DNA of 64,000 nucleotides from Blastocatellia bacterium (lineage in GTDB: Bacteria > Acidobacteriota > Blastocatellia > RBC074): the NCBI GenBank assembly GCA_046331565.1, contig JAXLQP010000001.1, positions 1,433,162 to 1,497,161 on the forward strand, read 5' to 3'. The position numbers and the translations under genes were made by a program. The notes beneath the pieces are model-generated. The model did no database searches and was not told the DNA's origin. It saw nothing but the letters and a program-made list of their open reading frames with translations. Shown in pieces: positions 1 through 10,186 of the stretch; position 1 is the stretch's first letter, and each line of letters begins with the position of its first letter.

Positions 1-7
1 CTGCCTT

Positions 8-190
8 TCAATGATGCGCCATTTGCGAACGTTCAGCCGGTGCGCCCGCCACACACCCCGCGTGTCCGCAACCACAGATCACTTCATCGGGCGAAGTTTC
101 ACAATGCGGACTGCACCACTTTTCATCCTTCGTCACGGAACAGTTGCAGCCCGGATGCGCACATTTATTTTCATTTTTTTCGACTGTCAT
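8..190 (-). CDS. Small Cys/His-rich protein, bacterial metallothionein (SmtA/BmtA-like)
   Basis: 60 aa with the Cys pattern KCAHPGCNCSV...WCSPHC...CGCGHAGC, close to the SmtA motif layout (CxCxxCxC...CSxxC...GCGHxGC). Confidence 0.5.
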   Translation of the reverse strand: MTVEKNENKCAHPGCNCSVTKDEKWCSPHCETSPDEVICGCGHAGCVAGAPAERSQMAHH

Positions 191-441
191 TGTTTACGCT
201 CCTTTCTGATTCTGACTCACTGAAACTCGCAAGCAGAGTGCCATTGGCCGGTGCGCGGCGCTGTCAGATGCCGGTCATCATTCAGCCGTGACGGGCGGCT
301 GGCCTGGCGATTGCAGCGATGCCGGAAGCGCGCAACAGGGCAGGCATTCCGTGCAGCGACAAGCGCCATTGCAGCGCGTCAGTACACAGGTGTTTGCGCA
401 CCGGACGAATTTTCAGATGAGACAGATGGAGGAATAATCAA

Positions 442-903
442 ATGGACGGGCTTGAATTATTGAAGCAGGATCACCGGAAAGTTGAAGAACTCTTTTCGCA
501 GTTTGAAAAATCAGAAACTGACCAGCAGAAAGAACGGCTCTTTGAGCAGATCAGGCACGAACTCGAAGTTCATACGTACATTGAGGAGGCGGCGCTCTAC
601 CCCGCCCTTCAGCAGCACGAGGAACTGAAGGACATGGTGCTTGAGGCCATTGAGGAACACCGCCAGGTGAAAAATCTGCTGCGCGAAAGCGAACGCCTCA
701 CCGAAGGCAGTGAGCGACTCGACGCCAAAGTAAAAGTGATGAGCGAAGACGTGGAACACCACGTTCAGGAAGAAGAGGAAAAAATGTTCCCGCAGGTGCG
801 CAGGCTTTATTCACAGGCACAGCTTGATGAACTTGGTCAGCAGCTCACAGCCGCAAAGCAGGAATTCGACAGTCAACCCCGCACCCGCTCAACCGTCGGG
901 TAA
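442..903 (+). CDS. Hemerythrin HHE cation-binding domain protein
   Basis: Repeated H...E / HH..E motifs (DHRKVEELF, HELEVHTYIEE, EEHRQV, EHHVQEEEE); GGAGG RBS 8 nt upstream. Confidence 0.75.
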   Translation: MDGLELLKQDHRKVEELFSQFEKSETDQQKERLFEQIRHELEVHTYIEEAALYPALQQHEELKDMVLEAIEEHRQVKNLLRESERLTEGSERLDAKVKVMSEDVEHHVQEEEEKMFPQVRRLYSQAQLDELGQQLTAAKQEFDSQPRTRSTVG

Positions 904-1015
904 TCAGGAATGGCGCTTTGACAGCCGGTGCTGAACAGACCGCTGAAGACACGGATGAAGCCAGTCAGCCCTGATCCGCCGCATCTGCGTCATCGGTGGT
1001 CTGTTTGCCGACGCT

Positions 1016-1390
1016 TTACGCTGCCTGCTGTTTGACGATGACACTGGCCCGAACCTCAGCGGGATAATTCTGATCAGCCTCATCAGACACCACTCTGACC
1101 GCGTAGCTGTATGTTCTGACTCCGACTTCGTCATTCAGCACTCCCGACAGGCAGACGCCTTTGACCGGGCAGCGATAGTGGTAGTAATAAAACGGCCCGG
1201 GCCGGTCAAAAATGATCTCGACGCGACCATTTTCTGACTTCCATCTGACCTCCTGCCGACTGCCTTTGCTCAGCACAATCTCTGTCGGGCTGATCGTCAG
1301 TGCCCTGCGCTCCGGCGAGTAACTGATGCTGACCGTGACCGGTTCAGTGTTTCTGACATACGCCTGCTGTCTTATCGTAATTTCGCCCAT
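1016..1390 (-). CDS. Hypothetical protein
   Basis: 124-aa ORF with an RBS-like AAAGG upstream; no recognisable family. Confidence 0.4.
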   Translation of the reverse strand: MGEITIRQQAYVRNTEPVTVSISYSPERRALTISPTEIVLSKGSRQEVRWKSENGRVEIIFDRPGPFYYYHYRCPVKGVCLSGVLNDEVGVRTYSYAVRVVSDEADQNYPAEVRASVIVKQQAA

Positions 1391-1416
1391 TGGATTTGCC
1401 TTTCGCTGCTGCGTGA

Positions 1417-1842
1417 TCAGTTCATCCTGCGCCGTCTGATGATGACGCGCGGATCGGAATTGATGACCTGTCCCTGGCGGACGACCTCAATGGTGTAATC
1501 GAATTCCGCAATCTCAAACTGATTGTCATTGGTATCAGGAACGAAAATCACCTCGTCATCAGGGAGCCGGTTACTGGAAACCTCCGCCAGCTTTGCGGGA
1601 TCAGTGCCTGAACCGGCGGCACCAGCCTCAAGCGCGGGCGACACGATTTCATGATCTTCAAATGGCTGCTGCCCCGGAATGAAACTGATCTTCCAGTCCG
1701 TTTCATCCTGTGAAGTCCAGCTTACATTTTCACCTTCGTTGAGAATGATGGGGTCAACGGTTCGTTTATTTTCGTCTCTGACCCTGGCACAAGGCTGACC
1801 ATTCTGCGTGTCCACAAAAATAAAAACTGTCTTGTCTGCCAT
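1417..1842 (-). CDS. Hypothetical protein (start probably MADKT with AAGGAG RBS)
   Basis: ORF 1417..1887; the internal ATG at 1842 is preceded by AAGGAG; no family recognised. Confidence 0.4.
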   Translation of the reverse strand: MADKTVFIFVDTQNGQPCARVRDENKRTVDPIILNEGENVSWTSQDETDWKISFIPGQQPFEDHEIVSPALEAGAAGSGTDPAKLAEVSSNRLPDDEVIFVPDTNDNQFEIAEFDYTIEVVRQGQVINSDPRVIIRRRRMN

Positions 1843-2142
1843 TTGCTGCTCCTTTCCGAAAAGTTGAAGCGTTGCGAGTGGTGTCAAGCCGAATCCAGAT
1901 CCGCCCCGTCTTCATGTGGCCGGAATTGAAAAACGTTTCAGTCGGCCCGACGAAATCCGGGACAAAAGGCGGTTCTGGTTTGTGCTGAGGCGCTATTTAA
2001 TCTTACTCCGGGCCAGCCGCAAAGCCCTGCTCTGTTCACAGCCGCAGCAAATCATTTATGATTCGTGCAGCAATCATCTGCGGTATCGCCCTCGCTGCGG
2101 GGGCCATTCCTTTCAGCAGTATTTTCAGTGGAGATTATTTAT

Positions 2143-3370
<1,228 letters not shown>

Positions 3371-3415
3371 TTCACAAAGCGAAATAGTAAAGAGATCCCC
3401 CACTCAGGGACTCAT

Positions 3416-3533
3416 CAAAAGAACCGGGCGGCACCCTCGTAGTAACGAATTCATTCGTTTTGTTTCCGAAATTGCCTTGATTCGAAACCGAACGAATGAA
3501 TTCGTTACTACGAGGGTGCCGCCCGGTTCTTTT
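3416..3533. repeat. Palindromic repeat, family A (GTAGTAACGAATTCATTCGTT core), copy 1; probable bidirectional terminator
   Basis: Perfect ~43-bp inverted arms (AAAAGAACCGGGCGGCACCCTCGTAGTAACGAATTCATTCGTT / reverse complement) between convergent genes; related copies at 26291 and 42067. Confidence 0.8.
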
Positions 3534-3577
3534 GGATGGCTTGCTGCCTGAATGAGATTGTTTTTCGCCTTCCCTGT

Positions 3578-4651
3578 CTATTTCTCCGCAGCCAGGGCGG
3601 CCATCTCTTCATCAGTGCGGCGCGGTTTGCCGAAGACCCAGACGATGCCGATGCTCAGGAAGTAAAGCATCAGCATCGGCGTGGCAAAGATCAGCATATT
3701 GAAGGCGTCCGCCGTCGGTGTCAGCACCGCCGCCAGAATAGCAATTATCACGACCGCGTACCGCCAGCCCTTCCACAAAATCCCCGGCGTCACCAGCCCG
3801 ACGCGGCCCAGGATGAAGGCAATCGTCGGAATCTGAAAGACGATGCCGAGGCCGAGCATAATGATCAGAATCAGATCAAGATAATCTTCGGCATTGATCA
3901 GCGTCTGAAAGCCTTCCTGCAAACCGAGCAGGTAATTGCAGGCGGCGGGAAAAGCGACGTAATAACCAAAGGCCGCGCCCAGAATGAACAGAAAACTGCC
4001 CATCACCAGCACCGGGCCGATATATTTCTTCTCGTGCTGGTATAACCCCGGCGAGACGAAGGCCCAGATTTGAAAGAGCAGAAACGGAATCGCAAACGCG
4101 ACGGCGGCATACATGCCGACTTTCATATACAGCGAAAAAGCGCCGCCGACCGTCGTAATCACCAGTTCATCGCGCGAATCGAAGCCGGGAATCAGCGCCG
4201 CCTGGCCAAGCACTTCGCCCAGTTCGGTTCCCGTCGGCAGAACGGTTTTGCCGAGCAGCCAGGGCTGTGTCAGCACGGCTGACGGATGGCCATTCTTACT
4301 GACCACTCTGGCCGGAATCGTTGTGCCCGCCGGAACCTGCACCTTCTCGACCACTGCGGTAAAAGGAAAGGTGTACTGGAAGATTTCGCCTTCCTTCAGA
4401 CTTGTCCGCGTGTCCGGGCCGAGCAGCTTCGATTCTCTTTCGACGCGGGCCTTGCGGGCTTCCTGTTTGACCGGAATCGCCAGAAACCGGTAGATGTAAT
4501 CAGAAACGGCAAAGCAGACGCAGAAGGCGATGCCAATCGCCACGACCGAATGAATCAGCCTGCGACGCAGTTCGTCGAGGTGATCGAGGAAGGACATCTG
4601 CAATCCTTCGTCTTCGTGTTCTTCTTCTCTGGTCTCAACCATGTTTTTCAC
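3578..4651 (-). CDS. tatC: Twin-arginine translocase subunit TatC (enlarged first periplasmic loop)
   Basis: MSFLDHLDELRRRL N-terminal signature and six TM segments; ~100 extra residues between TM1 and TM2; start ambiguous (GTG 4651 / ATG 4642 / ATG 4597). Confidence 0.85.
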   Translation of the reverse strand: MKNMVETREEEHEDEGLQMSFLDHLDELRRRLIHSVVAIGIAFCVCFAVSDYIYRFLAIPVKQEARKARVERESKLLGPDTRTSLKEGEIFQYTFPFTAVVEKVQVPAGTTIPARVVSKNGHPSAVLTQPWLLGKTVLPTGTELGEVLGQAALIPGFDSRDELVITTVGGAFSLYMKVGMYAAVAFAIPFLLFQIWAFVSPGLYQHEKKYIGPVLVMGSFLFILGAAFGYYVAFPAACNYLLGLQEGFQTLINAEDYLDLILIIMLGLGIVFQIPTIAFILGRVGLVTPGILWKGWRYAVVIIAILAAVLTPTADAFNMLIFATPMLMLYFLSIGIVWVFGKPRRTDEEMAALAAEK

Positions 4652-4744
4652 TCAACAGGCAAAAGGCAAAAATCAGCGCATGAAAAGCTGAAACTCCGCA
4701 GCTCCCATCCACTGATTTTTGCCTTGTGCCGCTGCCTTTGATGC

Positions 4745-5173
4745 TCAAATCCAGTGTCCGGCCTGCGGCGCTTTGCCGGTGGTTTCGTTCTGATGCGCTG
4801 CCACAACCGCCGGCTGGGCGGGTGTCGCGGGCTGAGTTGCAGGCGTTCCGGCATCGGCCTGTTCACTTGTCGTTTCAGCGCCGGAATGGGCCGCATCCGA
4901 ATACGGATCGTAATGATAAGTGCTGTCAGAAGTGTATGAATGATCGGCCTGGTAATCGGAGTGATAAGCCGTCTCTGAACTGCTGCTGATAGTGGTTTTG
5001 TGTTTTTCCAGTTCGACTTCCTGCTCCCAGGTGCGCTTGAAATCATCCGAAGCGCGGCGGAATTGCGCGAGCGCCTGCCCCAGCGATTTGCCCAGTTCCG
5101 GCAGCTTGCGCGGGCCAAAGACGATCAGCGCGATCACCATAATGATCAGAATTTCAGTCATTCCAAGATTCAT
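4745..5173 (-). CDS. tatA: Sec-independent translocase TatA/TatB family protein with long His/Tyr/Ser/Thr-rich tail
   Basis: N-terminus MNLGMTEILIIMVIALIVFGPRKLPELGKSLGQA is canonical TatA/E; lies immediately upstream of tatC. Confidence 0.8.
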   Translation of the reverse strand: MNLGMTEILIIMVIALIVFGPRKLPELGKSLGQALAQFRRASDDFKRTWEQEVELEKHKTTISSSSETAYHSDYQADHSYTSDSTYHYDPYSDAAHSGAETTSEQADAGTPATQPATPAQPAVVAAHQNETTGKAPQAGHWI

Positions 5174-5317
5174 TGCGAATCCTCATCCTGCATGGTCGGG
5201 TTAGTGACGAAGGTATGAAACAATAGCGACAAAACAGACTATATGTTGCCGTCCAGGCTCAGTCAAGCAACGCTCCCGGCCCCTTTGTCTGCTCCTTCAC
5301 TCAGAGCCAGCCAGGAG

Positions 5318-5485
5318 CCAGCAAGGAGCGCAGGCGTCCCGCCTGCCTGTCTTTCAATCAATGCGCCTTTAATGAAAGCCGATCCCCAGCAGACTGAATT
5401 CAGTAGTGAAGGCGCACCGCCTGTGTTTCAATCAATGCGCCTTTAATGAAAGACAGGCAGGCGGGACGCCTGCGCTCCTTGCTGG
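5318..5485. repeat. MITE-like inverted-repeat element, family C (AAGGAGCGCAGGCGTCCCGCCTGCC arms), copy 1
   Basis: 38-bp perfect inverted arms 5318-5355 / 5448-5485; internal 27-bp direct repeat TTTCAATCAATGCGCCTTTAATGAAAG x2; second family member at 35974-36178. Confidence 0.7.
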
Positions 5486-5521
5486 CTCCTTGTCAGCTCC
5501 TTGTCAGCTCCCTGCTGGTTC

Positions 5522-6607
5522 TCATTTTTTCGCTTTGCTGGCGAAATAGCCCTGGCGGGTGCGGACGGTGTAACTGGCCCCGGTGCGCACATCAATCGCC
5601 CGCCAGCGTCCGTCGCGTTTGTCATTGGTGGGTTCGTAAGCGATGGTGTACTGATTGCGCAATTCCTCAACGGTCTGCTCAAAAGCCTCGCGCAGTTTGC
5701 TGCCGCCCGGCGTCGGAAAGAATCGCCCGCCGGTTTTGGCCGCCAGCGCCTTGAGAACTTCAGAACCGTTGTCGCGCGCCGGAGTGCGGTAAACCGCCGT
5801 ATCGCTCATATCAACCGCATAAACCGTAATCTGTCCGGCCAGTGAACGCTTCAGCGCGTCTTCAAGCGTGTGTTTGCTGGTCGTGTCAGCGCCGTCAGAA
5901 ACAATCAGAATGGCGCGGCGGCGTTCGGGCCGTTTCGCCAGCGATTCAACCGCCTCGCAGATGCCGTCATAGAGCGGCGTCATCCCGTCGGCGTTCACTT
6001 CCCAGAGTGACGGGTCAACGTCGCGCACTTCGGAAAAGTCCTGAAGCTTTTTGATCTTCGTCCCGCCAAAACTGTAAATCGCCACGTTGTCGCCTTCGCG
6101 GATGCCGCTGACAAAGTATGAACACGCGGCCCGCGCCATACTCATCCGCGCCGACATGCTGGCGCTCGTGTCCATCAGAATGACGGCGGCGAACGGCGTT
6201 TCCTCAAAACTGAAGCTGACGATTTTCTGCGGCGCCCGGTCTTCAAAAATACTGAAGTCCTTTTCGCGCAGCCCGGCCACGTACTTTGACTTTGCATCAG
6301 TCACCGTCACGTTCAGCACAACCAGCGTCGTGTCAACCGAGGTCACATCGTCCGCGGACTCCTGTTTCTCCTGCTGCTGCGCCAGCGCAGTCAGACTCAA
6401 TAACGAAAGCAGCGTGAGCAGGCCGAGAACCGAAAACACTTGTGCCCTGCCGAATGACCACACACTGACTGCAACGGCAACGCCCTTTTCTCTGTGCCGC
6501 TGCGCCTCTGCGTGAGATAAAGTTTCTCGCAGCGGCGCAGAGCACGCAGAGGTAAAGAGTTCACCTGTGTCAGCCGGTGTGGTGCGAATCGGTGCAGGAC
6601 AAAACAT
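5522..6607 (-). CDS. VWA domain-containing secreted protein (Acidobacterial VWFA-related family)
   Basis: Signal peptide (VWSFGRAQVFSVLGLLTLLSLLSLTALA), MIDAS-like DTSASM motif, C-terminal beta-rich domain; true start probably near 6463. Confidence 0.75.
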   Translation of the reverse strand: MFCPAPIRTTPADTGELFTSACSAPLRETLSHAEAQRHREKGVAVAVSVWSFGRAQVFSVLGLLTLLSLLSLTALAQQQEKQESADDVTSVDTTLVVLNVTVTDAKSKYVAGLREKDFSIFEDRAPQKIVSFSFEETPFAAVILMDTSASMSARMSMARAACSYFVSGIREGDNVAIYSFGGTKIKKLQDFSEVRDVDPSLWEVNADGMTPLYDGICEAVESLAKRPERRRAILIVSDGADTTSKHTLEDALKRSLAGQITVYAVDMSDTAVYRTPARDNGSEVLKALAAKTGGRFFPTPGGSKLREAFEQTVEELRNQYTIAYEPTNDKRDGRWRAIDVRTGASYTVRTRQGYFASKAKK

Positions 6608-6649
6608 AAGGCGTGTGACCTGGGAAGTCAGAAAAGAATCAGGCAGGCA

Positions 6650-7186
6650 TCAGTTCAGATAGCCGCGAATCACTTTGACAAGCTGAATTACTTCGGTGGC
6701 GGTCGAAGCAACCGTGATCGAAACCACGTGGCGCGAGGTTTTTTCCACGCCTTCCTGTAACTTTTTGCTGGCTTCGCTCAGTTGCTTGAGCGCCTCTTCC
6801 AGATTTGAAGGAGTCGGAACGGATGCCTCTTCATCACCGCTGCCGCCCGATTCGGTGCGAATCTTTTTCGCGCCCTTTTCAATCTCCTTCAGCTTCTTTT
6901 CAGCGGTTTTGGGCAACGCGCTGCCGCTGGCATCCTTCAGCAGGGCTTCGGCATTCTCCTTCACTTCGACAGCAGTTTTGACCAGCTTTTTGTGTTCTTC
7001 CTCTTCACGCTTGATCTGCATTTTTTTGAGCGTGTCGAGCCAGGTTTCACTCTGCTGATCTTCGTTCTGGTGTTTGTCGGGAGGATTCTGAGCAATGCCG
7101 GGAGGAGTCACCAGCAGCACGGCAGCCAGCGCCAGCAGGATCAATAAGAAAATACTCCGGGAAATCATTGGCTTCACCTCGCGCAT
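6650..7186 (-). CDS. Secreted coiled-coil hypothetical protein
   Basis: Signal peptide MISRSIFLLILLALAAVLL; Lys/Glu-rich helical sequence. Confidence 0.45.
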   Translation of the reverse strand: MREVKPMISRSIFLLILLALAAVLLVTPPGIAQNPPDKHQNEDQQSETWLDTLKKMQIKREEEEHKKLVKTAVEVKENAEALLKDASGSALPKTAEKKLKEIEKGAKKIRTESGGSGDEEASVPTPSNLEEALKQLSEASKKLQEGVEKTSRHVVSITVASTATEVIQLVKVIRGYLN

Positions 7187-7318
7187 TTTGTATCACAAAC
7201 GCCAGCCGCGCTTCTACCATTTGTTTTTTCTGACTGGCGCAGCGCCGCGCCACCGCGAGTCAGCGGGCGGTTGTCTCTGCTGCCCGCCGTTTGCTGACGC
7301 AGGCGGTACCGCGCCAGT

Positions 7319-8032
7319 TCATCGGATTCCGGCCTGCAAAAATGCAGTCATCCACCGCGTCACCACTGATTCATCAGTCGGCAGATGCAGGCTGTCGAGT
7401 CCCGCCTGCACGCGCTCCGCGCCGATGCGCGCCACGCGGTCACGCAGCAATGCTTCCTGATAGGCCGGAGTGAATTCAGGATGTGCCTGAATTCCGAGCA
7501 GGCTGTCCCCGATTCGAAACATCGCCACCGGACAGTGCGCGCTGCGACCAAGCACCACCGCGCCTTCCGGCAACTGCTGTACCTGATCCTGATGCATGTA
7601 CTGTAACCGGCAAACATTTTGCGGCGGCTCCATCCACGCTTCAGGCCGGATGATTTCAACCTCACCAGTGCCCACGCCCCAGCCCTGCGCCGCTTTGGCA
7701 ACTTTCCCGCCCAGAGCTTCAGCCAGCAACTGATGCCCGAAGCAGATGCCGACAAACGGTCGGCGCGCCGCGTCAATTCGCCGCACGAAACCCTTCAGCG
7801 CGTGAATCCACGCCACGTCGTCGTAAACCGAAAACCGCGACCCGGTGCACAGCCAGCCGTCGCAGTCTTCAGGCGAATCCGGCAGTTCACCATTGCAGAC
7901 ATCAAATGGCCTGAGCGTCAGTGGCGGCGCACCGGTCGCAAACAAGGCGGCAAACATTTCGCGGTAATCGCCCGCCAGGTGGCGATATTTCTCCAGCACG
8001 TGATCGCATTCAAGCAGGCCGATCTTCATCAC
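7319..8032 (-). CDS. Class I glutamine amidotransferase-like protein (GATase1)
   Basis: GICFGHQLL nucleophile-elbow motif and C-terminal HPE triad residues typical of type-1 GATase. Confidence 0.75.
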   Translation of the reverse strand: MMKIGLLECDHVLEKYRHLAGDYREMFAALFATGAPPLTLRPFDVCNGELPDSPEDCDGWLCTGSRFSVYDDVAWIHALKGFVRRIDAARRPFVGICFGHQLLAEALGGKVAKAAQGWGVGTGEVEIIRPEAWMEPPQNVCRLQYMHQDQVQQLPEGAVVLGRSAHCPVAMFRIGDSLLGIQAHPEFTPAYQEALLRDRVARIGAERVQAGLDSLHLPTDESVVTRWMTAFLQAGIR

Positions 8033-8053
8033 AAATCCACCCGGTCGAAATTG

Positions 8054-8503
8054 TCAGTCAGTGGCATTACCCGTAACCCGCCCGGCAGCCCGGGCGTGAC
8101 ACTGATGATAAAAAGCCCGTTCCACTTCTGCCGGTTCAATCCAGCACAATTCATGCTCACCAGTCCCGTCTGGTTCGCTGCTGAATTCAGCCGCATAAAA
8201 GATCGCTTCCATGCGATAGTGCCGCCCGTCAGCCTCGAAGTGCTGCACAGCCTCACCAATGCAGTAAAGCAGTCTCACCTCGCGGGCCAGTTCTTCGAGT
8301 ACTTCACGCCTGATCGTCTGCTCCGGCGTTTCACCGGGCAGCGCGCCTCCGCCCGGCAGAAAGTAACCCGCTTTTCCCTGAACAGCGGCAATCCTTCCCG
8401 CGTTATCAGTGACAACCACATAAGCCGCCACGCGACGGGTATCTTTCTGAGCCGGGTTCGGCGCACCAAAAACCGGGATTGAAAGCTGGCTTGAATGCAT
8501 CAT
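8054..8503 (-). CDS. NUDIX hydrolase
   Basis: Nudix box GGALPGETPEQTIRREVLEELA; start taken at MMHSS so the CDS avoids the upstream hairpin. Confidence 0.75.
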   Translation of the reverse strand: MMHSSQLSIPVFGAPNPAQKDTRRVAAYVVVTDNAGRIAAVQGKAGYFLPGGGALPGETPEQTIRREVLEELAREVRLLYCIGEAVQHFEADGRHYRMEAIFYAAEFSSEPDGTGEHELCWIEPAEVERAFYHQCHARAAGRVTGNATD

Positions 8504-8540
8504 CCTGTGCTTCAACCAGAGATGCTCAGGTTGAATCGAA

Positions 8541-8637
8541 GCGCGGCGCGTGTGGAGTGCGGCAGCCTGGTACCGCTTTGAATTGTGATTTGAAAACCAA
8601 AGCGGCACCAGGCTGCCGCACTCCACACGCGCCGCGT
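8541..8637. repeat. Long intergenic hairpin (39-bp arms, 1 mismatch)
   Basis: CGCGGCGCGTGTGGAGTGCGGCAGCCTGGTACCGCTTTG and its near-perfect reverse complement, between the aldehyde dehydrogenase stop and the NUDIX start. Confidence 0.7.
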
Positions 8638-8667
8638 AACTGAGACTGCTTACACATCGAAATGCGC

Positions 8668-10071
8668 TTAAATTTTCAGCCGCAGGTGAAATGACTTTGG
8701 CCGCGTGAATGCTTCAAAGCCGAGCTTCGAGAGCGTGCAGCCGCGACCTGAATCCTTCACGCCCGTCCACGCCAGCGCCGGGTCGAGGTAATCACAGCGG
8801 TTCATGTACCACGTCCCGGTTTCAATCTGATCGCCAATCCGAATTGCGGCATCAGCGTCCGTTGTCCAGATTGAAGCGGTCAGGCCGTAGCGGCTGTCGT
8901 TCATCAGCGCGACGGCTTCTTCATCATCGCGCACCGGCATAATTCCGGCGACCGGGCCGAAGGTTTCTTCGGTCATCACCAGCATCCGGTGATCCACGCT
9001 GACGAGCACCTGCGGAGCCAGATACGGCGTGCCTGCGCGGTCTGCCGGGAATTCGCGCGGATCAATCAATGCTCGTGCGCCCTGCTGAATCGCCTCGCTG
9101 ATGTGGGCGCGCACTTTGTCAGCGGCATCGGTGCGCACCATCGGCCCCAGCGTCGTTTCAGCTTCGAGCGGATTGCCGAGTTTGTAACTGCGGGTCAGCG
9201 CGACAAAGCCTTCGACAAACTGCTCATAGACATCGCGGTGGACATAGATGCGTTCGACGGCGCAGCACGACTGACCCGAATTGAACATTGCGCCGTCAAC
9301 CAGGTTTTCAATCGTCGCGTCAAGCGGCGCATCGGCGCGCACATAAGCCGGATCCTTGCCGCCGAGTTCAAGGCCCGTGGCAATGAATCTTTCGCTCGCG
9401 GCGCGCTGCACGGCGTGACCGCCTGCGACCGAGCCGGTGAAAGCGACAAAGCTGATGCGCGCGTCACGAATGACTTCGGCCACCTGATCGTGATCAATGT
9501 GCAGAAACTGAAAGACGCCTGCGGGCAGTCCGGCTGCGGCAAAGGCTTCGGCGTAGCGTTCAGCGACGAGCGGCGTTTGCGGCGCGATCTTCAGAATCAC
9601 GCTGTTGCCTGCGAGAATCGCCGGAACAATCGCATTGACTGAAGCCAGCCAGGGATAGTTCCAGGGCGCGAGAACAAGCACGACGCCGAGCGGTTCGCGG
9701 CGAATGAACCGCTGAAAGTTTTCCTTCGGTTCAATCATCATGTCCGCGAGTTCGCGTTCGGCGATGTCGCACATATAACTGACGCGCTCGCTGAAGCCCC
9801 GGCGAATTTCAAACGGACTGTAAGCCACAGGCCGCCCGATCTGCCACGTCAGTTCCCTGCCGACATCGTCAGCGTGTTCATTCAGCCACGCGGCCATGCG
9901 GCGGCAGATGGCGGCGCGTTCGGCAACGGGCACGCGCTTCCATTCACGCTGCGCGCTGACAGCAGCGGCGATTGTTTTTTCGATCTGTTGATTCGATGCC
10001 AGTTCACGTTCGGCATAAACCGAGCCGTCAACCGGGCTGATGGTCTGCTGGATTTGATTGTTCATTGGCAA
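8668..10071 (-). CDS. Aldehyde dehydrogenase family protein
   Basis: Catalytic motifs ELGGKDP and NSGQSCCAVER (Glu/Cys); 467 aa. Confidence 0.9.
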   Translation of the reverse strand: MPMNNQIQQTISPVDGSVYAERELASNQQIEKTIAAAVSAQREWKRVPVAERAAICRRMAAWLNEHADDVGRELTWQIGRPVAYSPFEIRRGFSERVSYMCDIAERELADMMIEPKENFQRFIRREPLGVVLVLAPWNYPWLASVNAIVPAILAGNSVILKIAPQTPLVAERYAEAFAAAGLPAGVFQFLHIDHDQVAEVIRDARISFVAFTGSVAGGHAVQRAASERFIATGLELGGKDPAYVRADAPLDATIENLVDGAMFNSGQSCCAVERIYVHRDVYEQFVEGFVALTRSYKLGNPLEAETTLGPMVRTDAADKVRAHISEAIQQGARALIDPREFPADRAGTPYLAPQVLVSVDHRMLVMTEETFGPVAGIMPVRDDEEAVALMNDSRYGLTASIWTTDADAAIRIGDQIETGTWYMNRCDYLDPALAWTGVKDSGRGCTLSKLGFEAFTRPKSFHLRLKI

Positions 10072-10088
10072 GTCAGGCTGTGCATCAG

Positions 10089-10180
10089 CGGTACAGTACC
10101 GGGAGCGTGAGCGACCGGGTGAATCAGGACAGCGATGGATTCGTCAGCATCCGGTCGCTCACGCTCCCGGTACTGTACCG
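10089..10180. repeat. Palindromic repeat, family B (CAGTACCGGGAGCGTGAGCGACCGG), copy 1
   Basis: 30-bp perfect inverted arms 10089-10118 / 10151-10180; near-identical element at 40911-41006. Confidence 0.75.
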
Positions 10181-10186
10181 ATGCTT

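Noticed and set aside
8054-8626. Longer NUDIX ORF starting at 8626
   Set aside because: The extra 40 N-terminal codons would be translated through the 39-bp-arm hairpin. The internal ATG at 8503 gives a normal NUDIX length.
8541-8637. Hairpin 8541-8637 considered as a member of palindrome family B
   Set aside because: It shares only a short GGTACCG stretch. The arm sequences are otherwise unrelated, so it is kept as an independent hairpin.
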